A stretch of 64,000 nt of DNA from a virus. Shown one piece after another: positions 48,662 to 58,414 of the stretch. Position 1 is the stretch's first letter; each line of letters opens with the position of its first letter. Below the pieces are notes generated by a model. That model saw nothing but the letters and a program-made list of their open reading frames with translations, was not told where the DNA came from and searched no databases. The stretch covers positions 1-64,000 of IMG/VR virus record IMGVR_UViG_3300032240_001872; one strand, written 5' to 3'. Position numbers and translations under genes: made by a program.

Positions 48662-49982
48662 TCCAGTCTCCATTTGTATGCCATGTAGGCCTTTGTAATT
48701 TATCTGATACATTGCCCACCATGATCAGTGTAGCATCTGGTACGTATTTTTTTAATTTGTCTAGTAACAAACGTTCATTATATATCCTGTGCTTCAACGG
48801 AACAAATGGGGCGACTGGGTCATAATTAAAAATATGACTAAGGTGTATAATTGTACTAGGTACATTGTCTACCCACGTGCTCACAGGCAACGCTGTGTTA
48901 AGCACAAGATCCTGGTGATGAAACTCAAACTTAACTTTATGTATCATATCATTCCACATGCGAGGATCAACCGTTTGATCTCCTCCTGTCATAGTAATCA
49001 TGTGTTCACCGCCTGAGCTTAAAATGCTCTTTCGACTGGCAATATAATCTTTAACAAAAGTTATATAGTCGTAGTTAGGATTCCAATTTGTAACTATATG
49101 TTGCATACATTCAAGTGCAAATAAGTTATAGTCAACAAACTTGACTGTAGTATTTTCATCGTATCCATAGTAGAGCAAATACTCATACCACTGTAGTCCA
49201 CTTGATTGAATTACCAACTGTTGTATAGGACCTTTGAAATCTACAGCAACAAACTCTTCTGTGTTGTAGGGATAAAACAATGCCTGACTTGCAACGCTGT
49301 ACTTTCCATATAGGTACGAGCTCTTAGGAATAAAAGCAGGTTCGTAGTTAGGATAGTAATACATCTTGTTGTTTCTAAACCGTTCTGGAAATGGTCTAAC
49401 ATGTTTGTTGTTAGCAAATGCCACACTTAGAATGTTCCATCCGTGCCACTTATGTTTATACTGTTTAGGAGTATCGCCACCTGTCACCCAAATAGGTGTA
49501 TAATCATCGTGTATATTTTCTTCACTGCGGCGTGGCTCTATTTGTGTATGTAGGGAATAATAAGCAAACTCTCCAACTTCTGGACAGCCTAAATCTTTAT
49601 AAATGTCTAGGTTAATAATGTAGCATTGTTCATGTAGTTCATAGTAACCATCGTCTCTGTCTGGAATGTGCCCATAGATAAAAATGTTTCTATCACTATA
49701 TACTTCGTCCTCTACATAGTTAAAGAACTCGTCACCGTTAATAAATTCTGTGCCTGTACTTAGTACAACTGCATGACTATAGTCTTTGGCGGCTTCCCTG
49801 AGCATAGCATCTTCGTCTAAGCCTTGTATAACATTGAATCCGCTATCAATAATTTTGCTCAAAACAAAGTCGCTGAGATTCTTCATCAACTCAGCAGTCC
49901 ATGCGGTTTGGCAGGTGTGTATTCTATCCAAGAAGATAAAGACAATATCTTCTGATCCTGCCGGCGTATTAAATTTGACCAT
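48651..49982 (-). CDS. Hypothetical protein (443 aa)
   Basis: Long in-operon ORF with GHIPDR, ELHEQC and HDDYTP motifs. No family recognised. Confidence 0.7.
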   Translation of the reverse strand: MVKFNTPAGSEDIVFIFLDRIHTCQTAWTAELMKNLSDFVLSKIIDSGFNVIQGLDEDAMLREAAKDYSHAVVLSTGTEFINGDEFFNYVEDEVYSDRNIFIYGHIPDRDDGYYELHEQCYIINLDIYKDLGCPEVGEFAYYSLHTQIEPRRSEENIHDDYTPIWVTGGDTPKQYKHKWHGWNILSVAFANNKHVRPFPERFRNNKMYYYPNYEPAFIPKSSYLYGKYSVASQALFYPYNTEEFVAVDFKGPIQQLVIQSSGLQWYEYLLYYGYDENTTVKFVDYNLFALECMQHIVTNWNPNYDYITFVKDYIASRKSILSSGGEHMITMTGGDQTVDPRMWNDMIHKVKFEFHHQDLVLNTALPVSTWVDNVPSTIIHLSHIFNYDPVAPFVPLKHRIYNERLLLDKLKKYVPDATLIMVGNVSDKLQRPTWHTNGDWNGI

Positions 49983-50622
49983 ATTGTTTATTATAACATC
50001 TTACGAACATTTCGCAAAACTCTTTCTTACGATTACCTAAAATAATATTAGCAATCATATGTACTCTGGACTTACTACTGCGATTAAACACAGCATGATT
50101 TTTGCTTATGTTAATCATAAAGATTTTACCTTCTTTCCAAGGAACAACACCGTGTCCTTCTATTTCCATTTCACAGTTTATCGGATGGGTGATAGCCAAG
50201 TTGATAGGCAGTACAGCATCTAACGGTTCAATACCAGGGGGCAAGTTGCCGTCATTGTGCCAATCGATGTAGCCGCCGGGTCCAATCTTCATAAAGCGGA
50301 TACGGCTGTATCTTTCAGCAGGAAATTGATTTTTCCAAAAGTCTGTTATAGCAGGAGTCTTATATGCTAGGTCAGTGTATTGATAAGGTGCATTATATTC
50401 GTCATAGCCGTAGTTGTCCGCAGTATATGTTTTATCTACGCCCAACCCGTGCAAACAACAGCTAGACCATTGACTACTATCGCTTTGTCTATATTCGTTA
50501 AAGTAGGGCTCGATTTCTAGTATCTGCTGTTTCCACACATCGACTGGAAAATCTAGATCAAGTTCAAGCCACGGAATATAGGTTGTGTTTAAGATCTTAC
50601 GTGCTTGTTCTATAATATCCAT
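49969..50622 (-). CDS. Asp/Asn beta-hydroxylase-like oxygenase
   Basis: RIRFMKIGPGGYIDWHND...NHAVFN...RVHMI. Confidence 0.75.
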   Translation of the reverse strand: MDIIEQARKILNTTYIPWLELDLDFPVDVWKQQILEIEPYFNEYRQSDSSQWSSCCLHGLGVDKTYTADNYGYDEYNAPYQYTDLAYKTPAITDFWKNQFPAERYSRIRFMKIGPGGYIDWHNDGNLPPGIEPLDAVLPINLAITHPINCEMEIEGHGVVPWKEGKIFMINISKNHAVFNRSSKSRVHMIANIILGNRKKEFCEMFVRCYNKQYGQI

Positions 50623-51179
50623 TGTTTAAATATTTCCTTTGCTTGTTCCATCGTAAGTCCTGCCTCTGGTGCAGATTTAATACTAATATCACAACTTAGA
50701 ACCCACCTAGGTTCAAACATACTATTATGTATGTTGTGCGGAATTCCTGTTTGAACAATACTAGGCCATTTTATGGATTGGCTGTGTAAATGTTCCACTT
50801 GTGAAGGATGATATTGTACATATGGCGTTCCTGCTTGTGTTTTTGTATTTTCAAAAGGTTCTTGTCTATCTTTAACAACATACCAATGCATTAAACTTCC
50901 TGCGCCAGCCACACACCAATTCATACATGCGCGATCCGATAGCTCTCCGTAGCCATCAATATGTATGCCACATTGTTTTCCCTTAGGGGTATAAAATATT
51001 AAAGGAGGATAAGTCATAACTAACCCTAAACTGTCTAACCACTCAGTAAATTCAATTGAAACATTGTTGTGGTCAGCGAACCATATTTCAGCCGTATCTC
51101 CTGTCTGATTTAATATACTAGGATCTTTTAACGGATGAGCAACAGGGATAGATAAGTCAACACAATAATTACTTTTCAT
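50610..51179 (-). CDS. Fe/2OG-oxygenase-like protein
   Basis: IFYTP...IHIDG...IPHNI.N...RWVLS. Likely ATG at 51179. Confidence 0.6.
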   Translation of the reverse strand: MKSNYCVDLSIPVAHPLKDPSILNQTGDTAEIWFADHNNVSIEFTEWLDSLGLVMTYPPLIFYTPKGKQCGIHIDGYGELSDRACMNWCVAGAGSLMHWYVVKDRQEPFENTKTQAGTPYVQYHPSQVEHLHSQSIKWPSIVQTGIPHNIHNSMFEPRWVLSCDISIKSAPEAGLTMEQAKEIFKQWIL

Positions 51180-51732
51180 TTGGCCATCCAAAAAAGTTAA
51201 ACATATATTTTGTTTTAACACCCATGTTTAATCCACCATGCCAGTCTTGCCAGCTGTCCCATTTATATGCATCTCCTTGTGCCGCATTGTAGATTGCATG
51301 TCCATCTATGATTGATACTTGCCCAAAACTAGGTTCACAAATATAAACTGTATAATGCTCCGGTACACCAATTTCTAACCACTTACGTTCTTGTTCTGGC
51401 GTTTTATAATCTGGATGCCACGGGACAAGATGGCCAGGCGGAACCGAGCTTACCCAACAGCCTGCTGGCTTGACCTTTAGATATTCGGCAAACTTATCAA
51501 CCCATTCTTGAGGAAAGTGCTCGCCTGGCAGAAAGTCTACCCATTGCACACTAGGACTATCTACGTATCCTGCCTTACCCCAAATCTTTATTAGTGATTC
51601 TACTTTTGGATTATTAACGTGTATATTATCTGTTTGATCAGAACCCCTATGTCTTGGCGGTACTGATTCTAGTATGGAAATAAGTTTTGACCATTCCATA
51701 TGATTGTTTGTATTACCAATAAATGTGGCCAT
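51169..51732 (-). CDS. Fe/2OG-oxygenase-like protein
   Basis: VPPGHLVPWHPD...WHGGLNMG...KYMFNF. Confidence 0.65.
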   Translation of the reverse strand: MATFIGNTNNHMEWSKLISILESVPPRHRGSDQTDNIHVNNPKVESLIKIWGKAGYVDSPSVQWVDFLPGEHFPQEWVDKFAEYLKVKPAGCWVSSVPPGHLVPWHPDYKTPEQERKWLEIGVPEHYTVYICEPSFGQVSIIDGHAIYNAAQGDAYKWDSWQDWHGGLNMGVKTKYMFNFFGWPNEK

Positions 51733-52274
51733 TACTTTATTCCTAAAAAGTTAAACAAAAATTTGTCGTGCAATCCACAATTACCGCCTGCATGCCAAGC
51801 CATATAATCGTCCCATTGATAGGTGTTACCCGATGCTTCGCAATGAAAACATTGATCGTCTACGATAAAGACACCACCGGGATGAGGCTGGCTAATGAAT
51901 GTGCCAAATCTAATTAATTCTCCTTGAGACAGATATGTTTCTATTTGATCGTCTATATCTTTATGTATTGGTGCATATTTGCCAGGACGAATCCTACTAA
52001 TCCATGCTCTTGCGCATCTCGTATTAGTAAACTTTTCAAATTCTTTGATTGGTAGATCATCAAAATGCTTTCCGGGGTAGTAATTAATCCATTCAACTGT
52101 GTCTACTTTGTTGTATCCAGCAGTTTCCCACAGATCAATTATTTCATTAAATCTACCATCTGTATTTTTATAGAAAGCCTGTTTATTATCTCTAACATCG
52201 CCTTCCTGTATCAGCAATGTTTCAATAATACTATCCCATTTGCCAGCAAAAAAATTACCTATAAATTTAGCCAT
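51732..52274 (-). CDS. Fe/2OG-oxygenase-like protein, tandem paralog of 51169-51732
   Basis: MAKFIGN vs MATFIGN. IRPGKYAPIHKD...WHAGGNCG...KFLFNF. Confidence 0.65.
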   Translation of the reverse strand: MAKFIGNFFAGKWDSIIETLLIQEGDVRDNKQAFYKNTDGRFNEIIDLWETAGYNKVDTVEWINYYPGKHFDDLPIKEFEKFTNTRCARAWISRIRPGKYAPIHKDIDDQIETYLSQGELIRFGTFISQPHPGGVFIVDDQCFHCEASGNTYQWDDYMAWHAGGNCGLHDKFLFNFLGIK

Positions 52275-52926
52275 GCTGATCCTCAATCACGTATTCTTTA
52301 AATTTTTCTACACTTCGTTCTATTAGTTGTCTATGTTTATCATTATCTAATATACCAATACAGACCAATATAAGTCTTCCATCTAACACAACGTCAGCAC
52401 CGTGATATACGTCTCTATTGTTAAAAGAATATACAGGGTAGTCTTTAAGTATAGTGGGATATATTTTTTTACTATTGTAATCTTTAGCAAGATAGAAAGA
52501 ATCTTGTCCGTAGTGTGGAGACAATAATACATTGTACCTCTCAGGGCTAATCGCAGATTCGGAATAAACTCTATCTCTGTGTGTAGGTAATAATTCAGTA
52601 TGCATGTTTAGTGCCGCACCTACTATTTGTTGATAAGGTAGCAATTTTAATAGATCTACTAATTCTGGAAACTGTTCTAGAACTCCAGGGGCATAGTATA
52701 AAGTGTTGTCCTCTCTTAATTCAAAATCAGCATTGGTATCTGGTTTGAATACATCTGTAGCATCTTTCCAGTTGCTTATCGGATTACGAGACACAATGGC
52801 ACACATTTGAGATGTATAGCCCGTTGTTTGGTATAGGTTAGGCATATAATTGCTATTAAAATAGTCTACTAACTTTTGGTAATCGGGTAACTTAACAGTA
52901 ATATCTACAGGTGTATAGATTATCAT
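52267..52926 (-). CDS. Fe/2OG-oxygenase-like protein
   Basis: PTHRD...FNN..VYHGA...RLI. Confidence 0.55.
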   Translation of the reverse strand: MIIYTPVDITVKLPDYQKLVDYFNSNYMPNLYQTTGYTSQMCAIVSRNPISNWKDATDVFKPDTNADFELREDNTLYYAPGVLEQFPELVDLLKLLPYQQIVGAALNMHTELLPTHRDRVYSESAISPERYNVLLSPHYGQDSFYLAKDYNSKKIYPTILKDYPVYSFNNRDVYHGADVVLDGRLILVCIGILDNDKHRQLIERSVEKFKEYVIEDQHG

Positions 52927-53579
52927 ACTATTACAAATCCTTCGGGCAACACAGTTTTAAGAACATCAATAATAGCAGGATATATCTTAAATTTAACTCC
53001 GGTTGGTGTCGTACTAAAATCACTAATCATTCGCATCTTATTAACATTGTTAAGCCAAGGGCTTAAGACTGCATCAAATTTATGTCTAACATGATCACCT
53101 GTTGCCTGTATTTCAATAGATACTAATGCATCATTAATTACTTTAGTTAGCAGTTGACGTACTACTAACTGTATACGATCTCCACGACCAAAGTTTGCGG
53201 CAGTATGTTTCTTTCCAGCGTTCATTAGATACCAATAGCCGTCTGCTATTAGTAGATTCATTTGCTCGGTGTCTAGATCGATGAGATAGCTGTCATTGCC
53301 TGCAATGTTTAAATGATATCGATCATCTATATCTGCATGGCTTTGATAACAGGTACCTTCTTTTAATATAATGATACGTGCTTCGCCAATATCAAAGTCA
53401 AATCCTGATAACAACTTCTCCCATACTGTATTCTTATATTCTTCTTTAATGGTCCAAGGATCGTAAAAGAAACTTCCAGTTGGCTCGTTAATAGTCAAAC
53501 GAAATTCATCAGACGGTAAGTTATTAACTGCATCTGCAAGTAATTCCTTATTAATCTTAATGTCTGTTTTCTTCAGCAT
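52923..53579 (-). CDS. Asp/Asn beta-hydroxylase-like oxygenase
   Basis: GEARII...CYQSHADIDDRYH...MNAGKKHTAAN...RIQLV. Confidence 0.7.
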   Translation of the reverse strand: MLKKTDIKINKELLADAVNNLPSDEFRLTINEPTGSFFYDPWTIKEEYKNTVWEKLLSGFDFDIGEARIIILKEGTCYQSHADIDDRYHLNIAGNDSYLIDLDTEQMNLLIADGYWYLMNAGKKHTAANFGRGDRIQLVVRQLLTKVINDALVSIEIQATGDHVRHKFDAVLSPWLNNVNKMRMISDFSTTPTGVKFKIYPAIIDVLKTVLPEGFVIV

Positions 53580-54648
53580 CAAACACTCCTGTATCTACAA
53601 TAGTACTTAACGTAGATATTAATTGTTTACGATCTACACTTTTTGGAGCGCATAGTCCGCAAGCACAAAACGTATTAGGACATACAATAATAGGCATTGT
53701 ATTATTAACTAGGTTATTTCTTAGCGTATCGAGTATAGCACTACTATTACTAATTGATCCAATAGGACCAGTAGTACCATCAAATCGTGCTTGGCAAGTC
53801 TGATGATGATACACGCTGTCTGTTTGTTGTTCAATATGCAAGAAGTACCAATTAACTGAGCAATGCCAGTCTTTAAACTTTCTATAGGTCAAGAACTTGA
53901 CTTCCTGTGTGTCAGTGTCGTTGCTAATTTTCATACTTCTTCCGCCACAACACGGCCGACCAATCTCTGCACCAAAACCAGATGAACTGTTTGAATCCAC
54001 ATTCCAATAACTATTGAACCATTTAAGTTGGTCCTGTGTGTATCGGTGCCCGTATGTTTCTCCTCCTGGGTTCTCTCCAATCATTCTAGGAATATACTGT
54101 ATTCCTTGTTGTTTAAGAATATTACATACATCAACACACTCATCAAAATGTTGTGCATGGAACATGACATTAACTTTAACTGATGTATTACTGTGCAACT
54201 GACGCACACGTTCTAATACACGCTTCTTAAGTTTAGCATCTGCTTCTGCATGATAACTCACTGTTACATAACTAAAGGTATTTCCTACGGCCTCTGCAAC
54301 ACGCTTGCCCATTGCACCATTTGTAGTTAATGCTAGATGTAGGTCTACGCCAGGTAGCTGTTTACTGTTTAGATGATTAACTAACTGTAGAAATTTAGGA
54401 TTAACAGTTGGCTCTCCTCCTGTTAGACTAATATGAAAGTCTTTGTTAGTTCTGTATTCTGCAATAGTACTAATATAGTCAAATATAAAATCAGCAGTTG
54501 TAGTCAATTGATCTAGTGTAGCATGTTTGCTAAAGTTGTCATGATGTATCGGCGCACAATATGTACAGTCGTAGTTACATCTTCTACCTAAGTCCCAGGT
54601 TATCATAAAAGGATCCGAACTGGTGGTAGTTAAACAATTAAATTTCAT
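53557..54648 (-). CDS. Radical SAM enzyme (class A)
   Basis: WDLGRRCNYDCTYC, TGGEPT, TTNG, SYH. C-terminal PCC, WHC, QTC, CPNTFCACGLC. Confidence 0.9.
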   Translation of the reverse strand: MKFNCLTTTSSDPFMITWDLGRRCNYDCTYCAPIHHDNFSKHATLDQLTTTADFIFDYISTIAEYRTNKDFHISLTGGEPTVNPKFLQLVNHLNSKQLPGVDLHLALTTNGAMGKRVAEAVGNTFSYVTVSYHAEADAKLKKRVLERVRQLHSNTSVKVNVMFHAQHFDECVDVCNILKQQGIQYIPRMIGENPGGETYGHRYTQDQLKWFNSYWNVDSNSSSGFGAEIGRPCCGGRSMKISNDTDTQEVKFLTYRKFKDWHCSVNWYFLHIEQQTDSVYHHQTCQARFDGTTGPIGSISNSSAILDTLRNNLVNNTMPIIVCPNTFCACGLCAPKSVDRKQLISTLSTIVDTGVFDAEENRH

Positions 54649-56057
54649 AATAGATGTGCAAGCTCTGGAAATATTTCTTTAGCATTAGTATTTCTATGAA
54701 TATCAAGTTTTTCTACATATTCTTTAAATGCAGGCAACAAATGACTTTTATCATTGGATAGCATAAACTTTAGAAATGCTTCATACCTAGGCCATGCATA
54801 GGGATTGTTCTTCCAGAAGTCATCATCTTGTGTATAGTTGTCCCATAGCCATTGCTTGAGTTCTGCAAATTTTTCTACTATTTCTTGTTTGTCTGCGGCT
54901 GGCAATACCTGTACGTTTAGCCATGTAGGAATGTGTACAACGTGCATATTAAAGATGCCACCACCGTAAAGCATACCTTCTGGGTTAAGGTCTAGGTTAA
55001 TCCGTTTAAAGCCGCTGGTCACTTTCCATTTTACAAAGTCGGGCAAGTGCTTAACGTTCAGTATCTGTATTGCAGGTACGATAGATGTTTCAATGTTATC
55101 AGGTGCATTATCTAGCATGGTTAGATTTTCCATTACATTGCTCCATTCACTAGGGTATCTAATGTACCAATTGCGTAGTTCCATTCCGTCTAAACTAAAC
55201 CCAATTCTTACCTTTTTAAATTTGCTCCATAGGTCTACCATACGCTTACTGATCAGCAATCCGTTGGTATTGTAACGTATCATAATCTTGTCGGCATAAC
55301 CTTGTCGTATAATTTCTTCTAAGAATAGTGCATGCTCTTTAATGATCAACGGCTCTCCACCCGCAAAGTATACTTGCTTTAGGTTAGGAATCTGTGCATA
55401 CATCTCTTTCCAGAAGTCTGGATTCTCGTGCCACGAGTTATTGAATGATGCTTTGTCCCAAGACATAAAACGTTTTAGTTCAGTTGCTTGATATGTTGGA
55501 TATACCTTAGCATGTTCGTCTACCCATTTACTGCTGTCGTGCGGACTACACATCACACATTTCAATTGGCATGTATGTCCCAGTCGTAAGTCTAAGTAAA
55601 CCAGCTTCTCAGGAACTGTACCATCTTCTGCTGTGTTTGCAATTAGCTCTGGAATATCTACATCACTCTGTGACCAGAATAACGATTCCCAAAGACGCTT
55701 ACTGCTTATGCCACTGCTTTCTTCTGTAAAGCATCTATTACAGCTTGCTGGTATCTTACCTTCCATCATGGTCAATCTTACATCTTTCATGTACTCGTTG
55801 TTCCATGCGCTCATAGGTGTTTCACGGCCAAAGTTTGCAGGCTCGCCTTTTTCATTCTTAACTAAACCAACTGTATGATCTACTCCAGGGGCACTGGCAT
55901 TAGAACTACAGCATAAACGCATATCACCATTAGGGCGTGTAGCAAAGTGTATCCACGGCAACGCACAAAAAGTAGGCGATCCAGATATCTCTGTTAGAGT
56001 CTTTTGCCATTTACCGACTTGTGTATCCTCTGATTGTATCCAAAATTGTTTGTTCAT
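54645..56057 (-). CDS. Radical SAM enzyme with N-terminal Twitch/SPASM-like domain (class C)
   Basis: FCALPW...GDMRLCC...CNRC precedes CQLKCVMC, FAGGEP, YNTNG, SLDG. Likely ATG at 56057. Confidence 0.9.
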   Translation of the reverse strand: MNKQFWIQSEDTQVGKWQKTLTEISGSPTFCALPWIHFATRPNGDMRLCCSSNASAPGVDHTVGLVKNEKGEPANFGRETPMSAWNNEYMKDVRLTMMEGKIPASCNRCFTEESSGISSKRLWESLFWSQSDVDIPELIANTAEDGTVPEKLVYLDLRLGHTCQLKCVMCSPHDSSKWVDEHAKVYPTYQATELKRFMSWDKASFNNSWHENPDFWKEMYAQIPNLKQVYFAGGEPLIIKEHALFLEEIIRQGYADKIMIRYNTNGLLISKRMVDLWSKFKKVRIGFSLDGMELRNWYIRYPSEWSNVMENLTMLDNAPDNIETSIVPAIQILNVKHLPDFVKWKVTSGFKRINLDLNPEGMLYGGGIFNMHVVHIPTWLNVQVLPAADKQEIVEKFAELKQWLWDNYTQDDDFWKNNPYAWPRYEAFLKFMLSNDKSHLLPAFKEYVEKLDIHRNTNAKEIFPELAHLL

Positions 56058-56100
56058 GGAAATATTTATGTACCTACATAATAGGGTAAATATTTCCATG
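56055..56100. repeat. Perfect 14-bp inverted repeat containing both start codons and both TAAATA boxes
   Basis: CATGGAAATATTTA (56055-56068), 18-nt spacer, TAAATATTTCCATG (56087-56100). Confidence 0.9.
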
Positions 56101-57159
56101 AGTGCTACCATCTGCGCATATCCTTGGAATAGTTTAGCTATAAACCCTAATGGTAGGGTGCTTCCTTGCTGTCGGTACGCCGCACCAAACTATACTATTG
56201 TAGACTATTCAAGAACATCAGAACATTGGAACGAGCTACGCAATAGAATGTTAGCTGGAGAGAAATCTCAAGGCTGTGAAAAATGTTATAGAGATGAGGC
56301 AAGCGGTAATACCAGTATGCGTCAACGTAGTCTTGACTTTGTACCAAAAGAAAACCAAATAGTACCTTTAGACAAGCTAGAGATCTCATTCAACAACTTG
56401 TGCAATTTGGCATGCGTACATTGCAGTAGTGCATATAGCACCACATGGTATTCAGAGGACTATAAGAAAGGTAAGATTGGTAAAATAGGAATCATTGAAA
56501 ACAGTTTTCCTATAACCGATGAAGACCTTAGTCAGTTAACTGAACTAAAGATTATAGGTGGTGAGCCAATGCTACAGCAAGACAAGTTTATCGAGCTGTT
56601 AGACAAGGTTAACTTATCTAACCTAACTGTATGGATATATACTAACGGTACACACTTGCCTAATAATAGACTATTGGCACAGTTAAAAAAATGCAGAGAG
56701 TTTAAACTAAGTGTTAGTGTTGACGGCATAGATACTGTTAACGATTGGTATAGATGGCCCAGCAAGTTCGATCAAGTTATAGAAAACATGAAGGTATACG
56801 ACGAATGGTTCAATCAACAGAAACGAGTGCATTGTGTAATTAATGCGGTTAATGTTATGTACTTAGAAGAGTACATAGATTTTATGACAACTAATTTTTC
56901 AACATGGGAAATAGAATGGGATTGGATAGTGCATCCAGAGTGGCAACGAGTATCTGTGCTACCTAATACTATCAAAGAACAATTGATTGCTGACTTTAGT
57001 AATAAAGGATATCCCTATACCACTACTATAGATAGGCTGTCTGATAAGATCAGTCTCGATTGGACTGATTTTAAAAACAATGTAAATCAATTATCATCTG
57101 ATAGAAACTTAGATTTTCTAGCAATGGTACCAAAATTTTCTAAGGCATGGAATGAGTAA
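56098..57159 (+). CDS. Radical SAM enzyme with N-terminal Twitch-like domain (class C)
   Basis: ICAYPW...GRVLPCC...CEKC, CNLACVHC, IGGEP, YTNG, SVDG. ATG at 56098. Confidence 0.9.
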   Translation: MSATICAYPWNSLAINPNGRVLPCCRYAAPNYTIVDYSRTSEHWNELRNRMLAGEKSQGCEKCYRDEASGNTSMRQRSLDFVPKENQIVPLDKLEISFNNLCNLACVHCSSAYSTTWYSEDYKKGKIGKIGIIENSFPITDEDLSQLTELKIIGGEPMLQQDKFIELLDKVNLSNLTVWIYTNGTHLPNNRLLAQLKKCREFKLSVSVDGIDTVNDWYRWPSKFDQVIENMKVYDEWFNQQKRVHCVINAVNVMYLEEYIDFMTTNFSTWEIEWDWIVHPEWQRVSVLPNTIKEQLIADFSNKGYPYTTTIDRLSDKISLDWTDFKNNVNQLSSDRNLDFLAMVPKFSKAWNE

Positions 57160-58414
57160 TAGTAAAACATTTTGTATGCATCCTTTTACAGGATTAGCTA
57201 CTAGAGAAGACGGCGCTGTTAAAGTTTGCTGTCGTAGTCAACCCGTTGGGTTTATACAAAACCATAGTTTGGAGGAGATATGGAACGGCCCTACTATGCG
57301 TAGAATACGCAAAGATGTTCTAAGCGACAAGCGTCCGCCAGAATGTATGCCATGTTTCCAATTAGAAGATCAAGGCGTAGAAAGTCTACGTCAACGACAC
57401 ACTAATGGTATTATTCCTGAAGCACGTATAAATCTATATCCTAATGCTTTGGACAGTTTAGGTAATGATTATAAGATGCCGTTTGAGTTTCCAACTATAG
57501 AGATTAAACTTAACAATCTATGCAATCTTAAATGCCGTATGTGCAATCCACTAGACAGCACCAACTGGAAAGATTGGGATCAAGTTGAAGAGTTTTATAA
57601 AAAAGAAAACAACTATCTTGTACCTACAATACAAAAGTTGGTCAACAAGCCAGGACAGTATATAGGTCCATTTGACAATACAGAAAATTGGTGGCACAGT
57701 TTTGAAAAGCTATTACCGCATTTTCGTCGTGTAGAGTTTGCAGGCGGGGAACCATTAATGGATCCGCAACATTACAAGATATTAGATATGCTCAAACCTT
57801 ATGGTAAGGATATTGAGATCAAGTATGCCACTAATGGCACAACGCTAGGAATTAGCAAAGGAAGAACTATACATGATTATTGGCCCCATTTTAGATCAGT
57901 TGCCGTTAATGTCAGCCTTGACGGCATTGGTCCTGTTTACGAGTACATACGTGGTAACTCTAATTGGACTGAAGTTGTGGAGAATATTCAAGACATACAA
58001 ACAATCTCGAACGTCAGCAGAGTCGTTGGCGCCGTTGCAGTACAAGTAAGTAATGTGTTAATCTTAGATAAAATGATTGAAGAGTTTCTTGACAAAATGG
58101 GCGTTGTATTTTATACTAACATGGTGCAACATCCAAATGTTTTATCTGTTCAGGTATTGCCAAAGGCTCTAAAAGACCTAGCCATCACAAGGTTACAGGC
58201 AGTAAAATTAAAAGTACCTGACTACAAATATGTCAAAGAAAACCCTATCCTATTAGGCATAACATTAAAACAAATAGACGGTGTAATTAATTACTTGAAC
58301 GCAAAAGATCAGCATAGCAAATGGAAAGATTGTATTGAATTTAATCGTAGATTAGATGTGACCCGTAATCAAAGTTTTCTTGATGTCACCCCAGAGTTTA
58401 AACCGTATGCTTAA
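57152..58414 (+). CDS. Radical SAM enzyme with N-terminal Twitch-like domain (class C)
   Basis: FCMHPF...VKVCC...CMPC, CNLKCRMC, FAGGEP, ATNG, SLDG. Confidence 0.9.
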   Translation: MSNSKTFCMHPFTGLATREDGAVKVCCRSQPVGFIQNHSLEEIWNGPTMRRIRKDVLSDKRPPECMPCFQLEDQGVESLRQRHTNGIIPEARINLYPNALDSLGNDYKMPFEFPTIEIKLNNLCNLKCRMCNPLDSTNWKDWDQVEEFYKKENNYLVPTIQKLVNKPGQYIGPFDNTENWWHSFEKLLPHFRRVEFAGGEPLMDPQHYKILDMLKPYGKDIEIKYATNGTTLGISKGRTIHDYWPHFRSVAVNVSLDGIGPVYEYIRGNSNWTEVVENIQDIQTISNVSRVVGAVAVQVSNVLILDKMIEEFLDKMGVVFYTNMVQHPNVLSVQVLPKALKDLAITRLQAVKLKVPDYKYVKENPILLGITLKQIDGVINYLNAKDQHSKWKDCIEFNRRLDVTRNQSFLDVTPEFKPYA

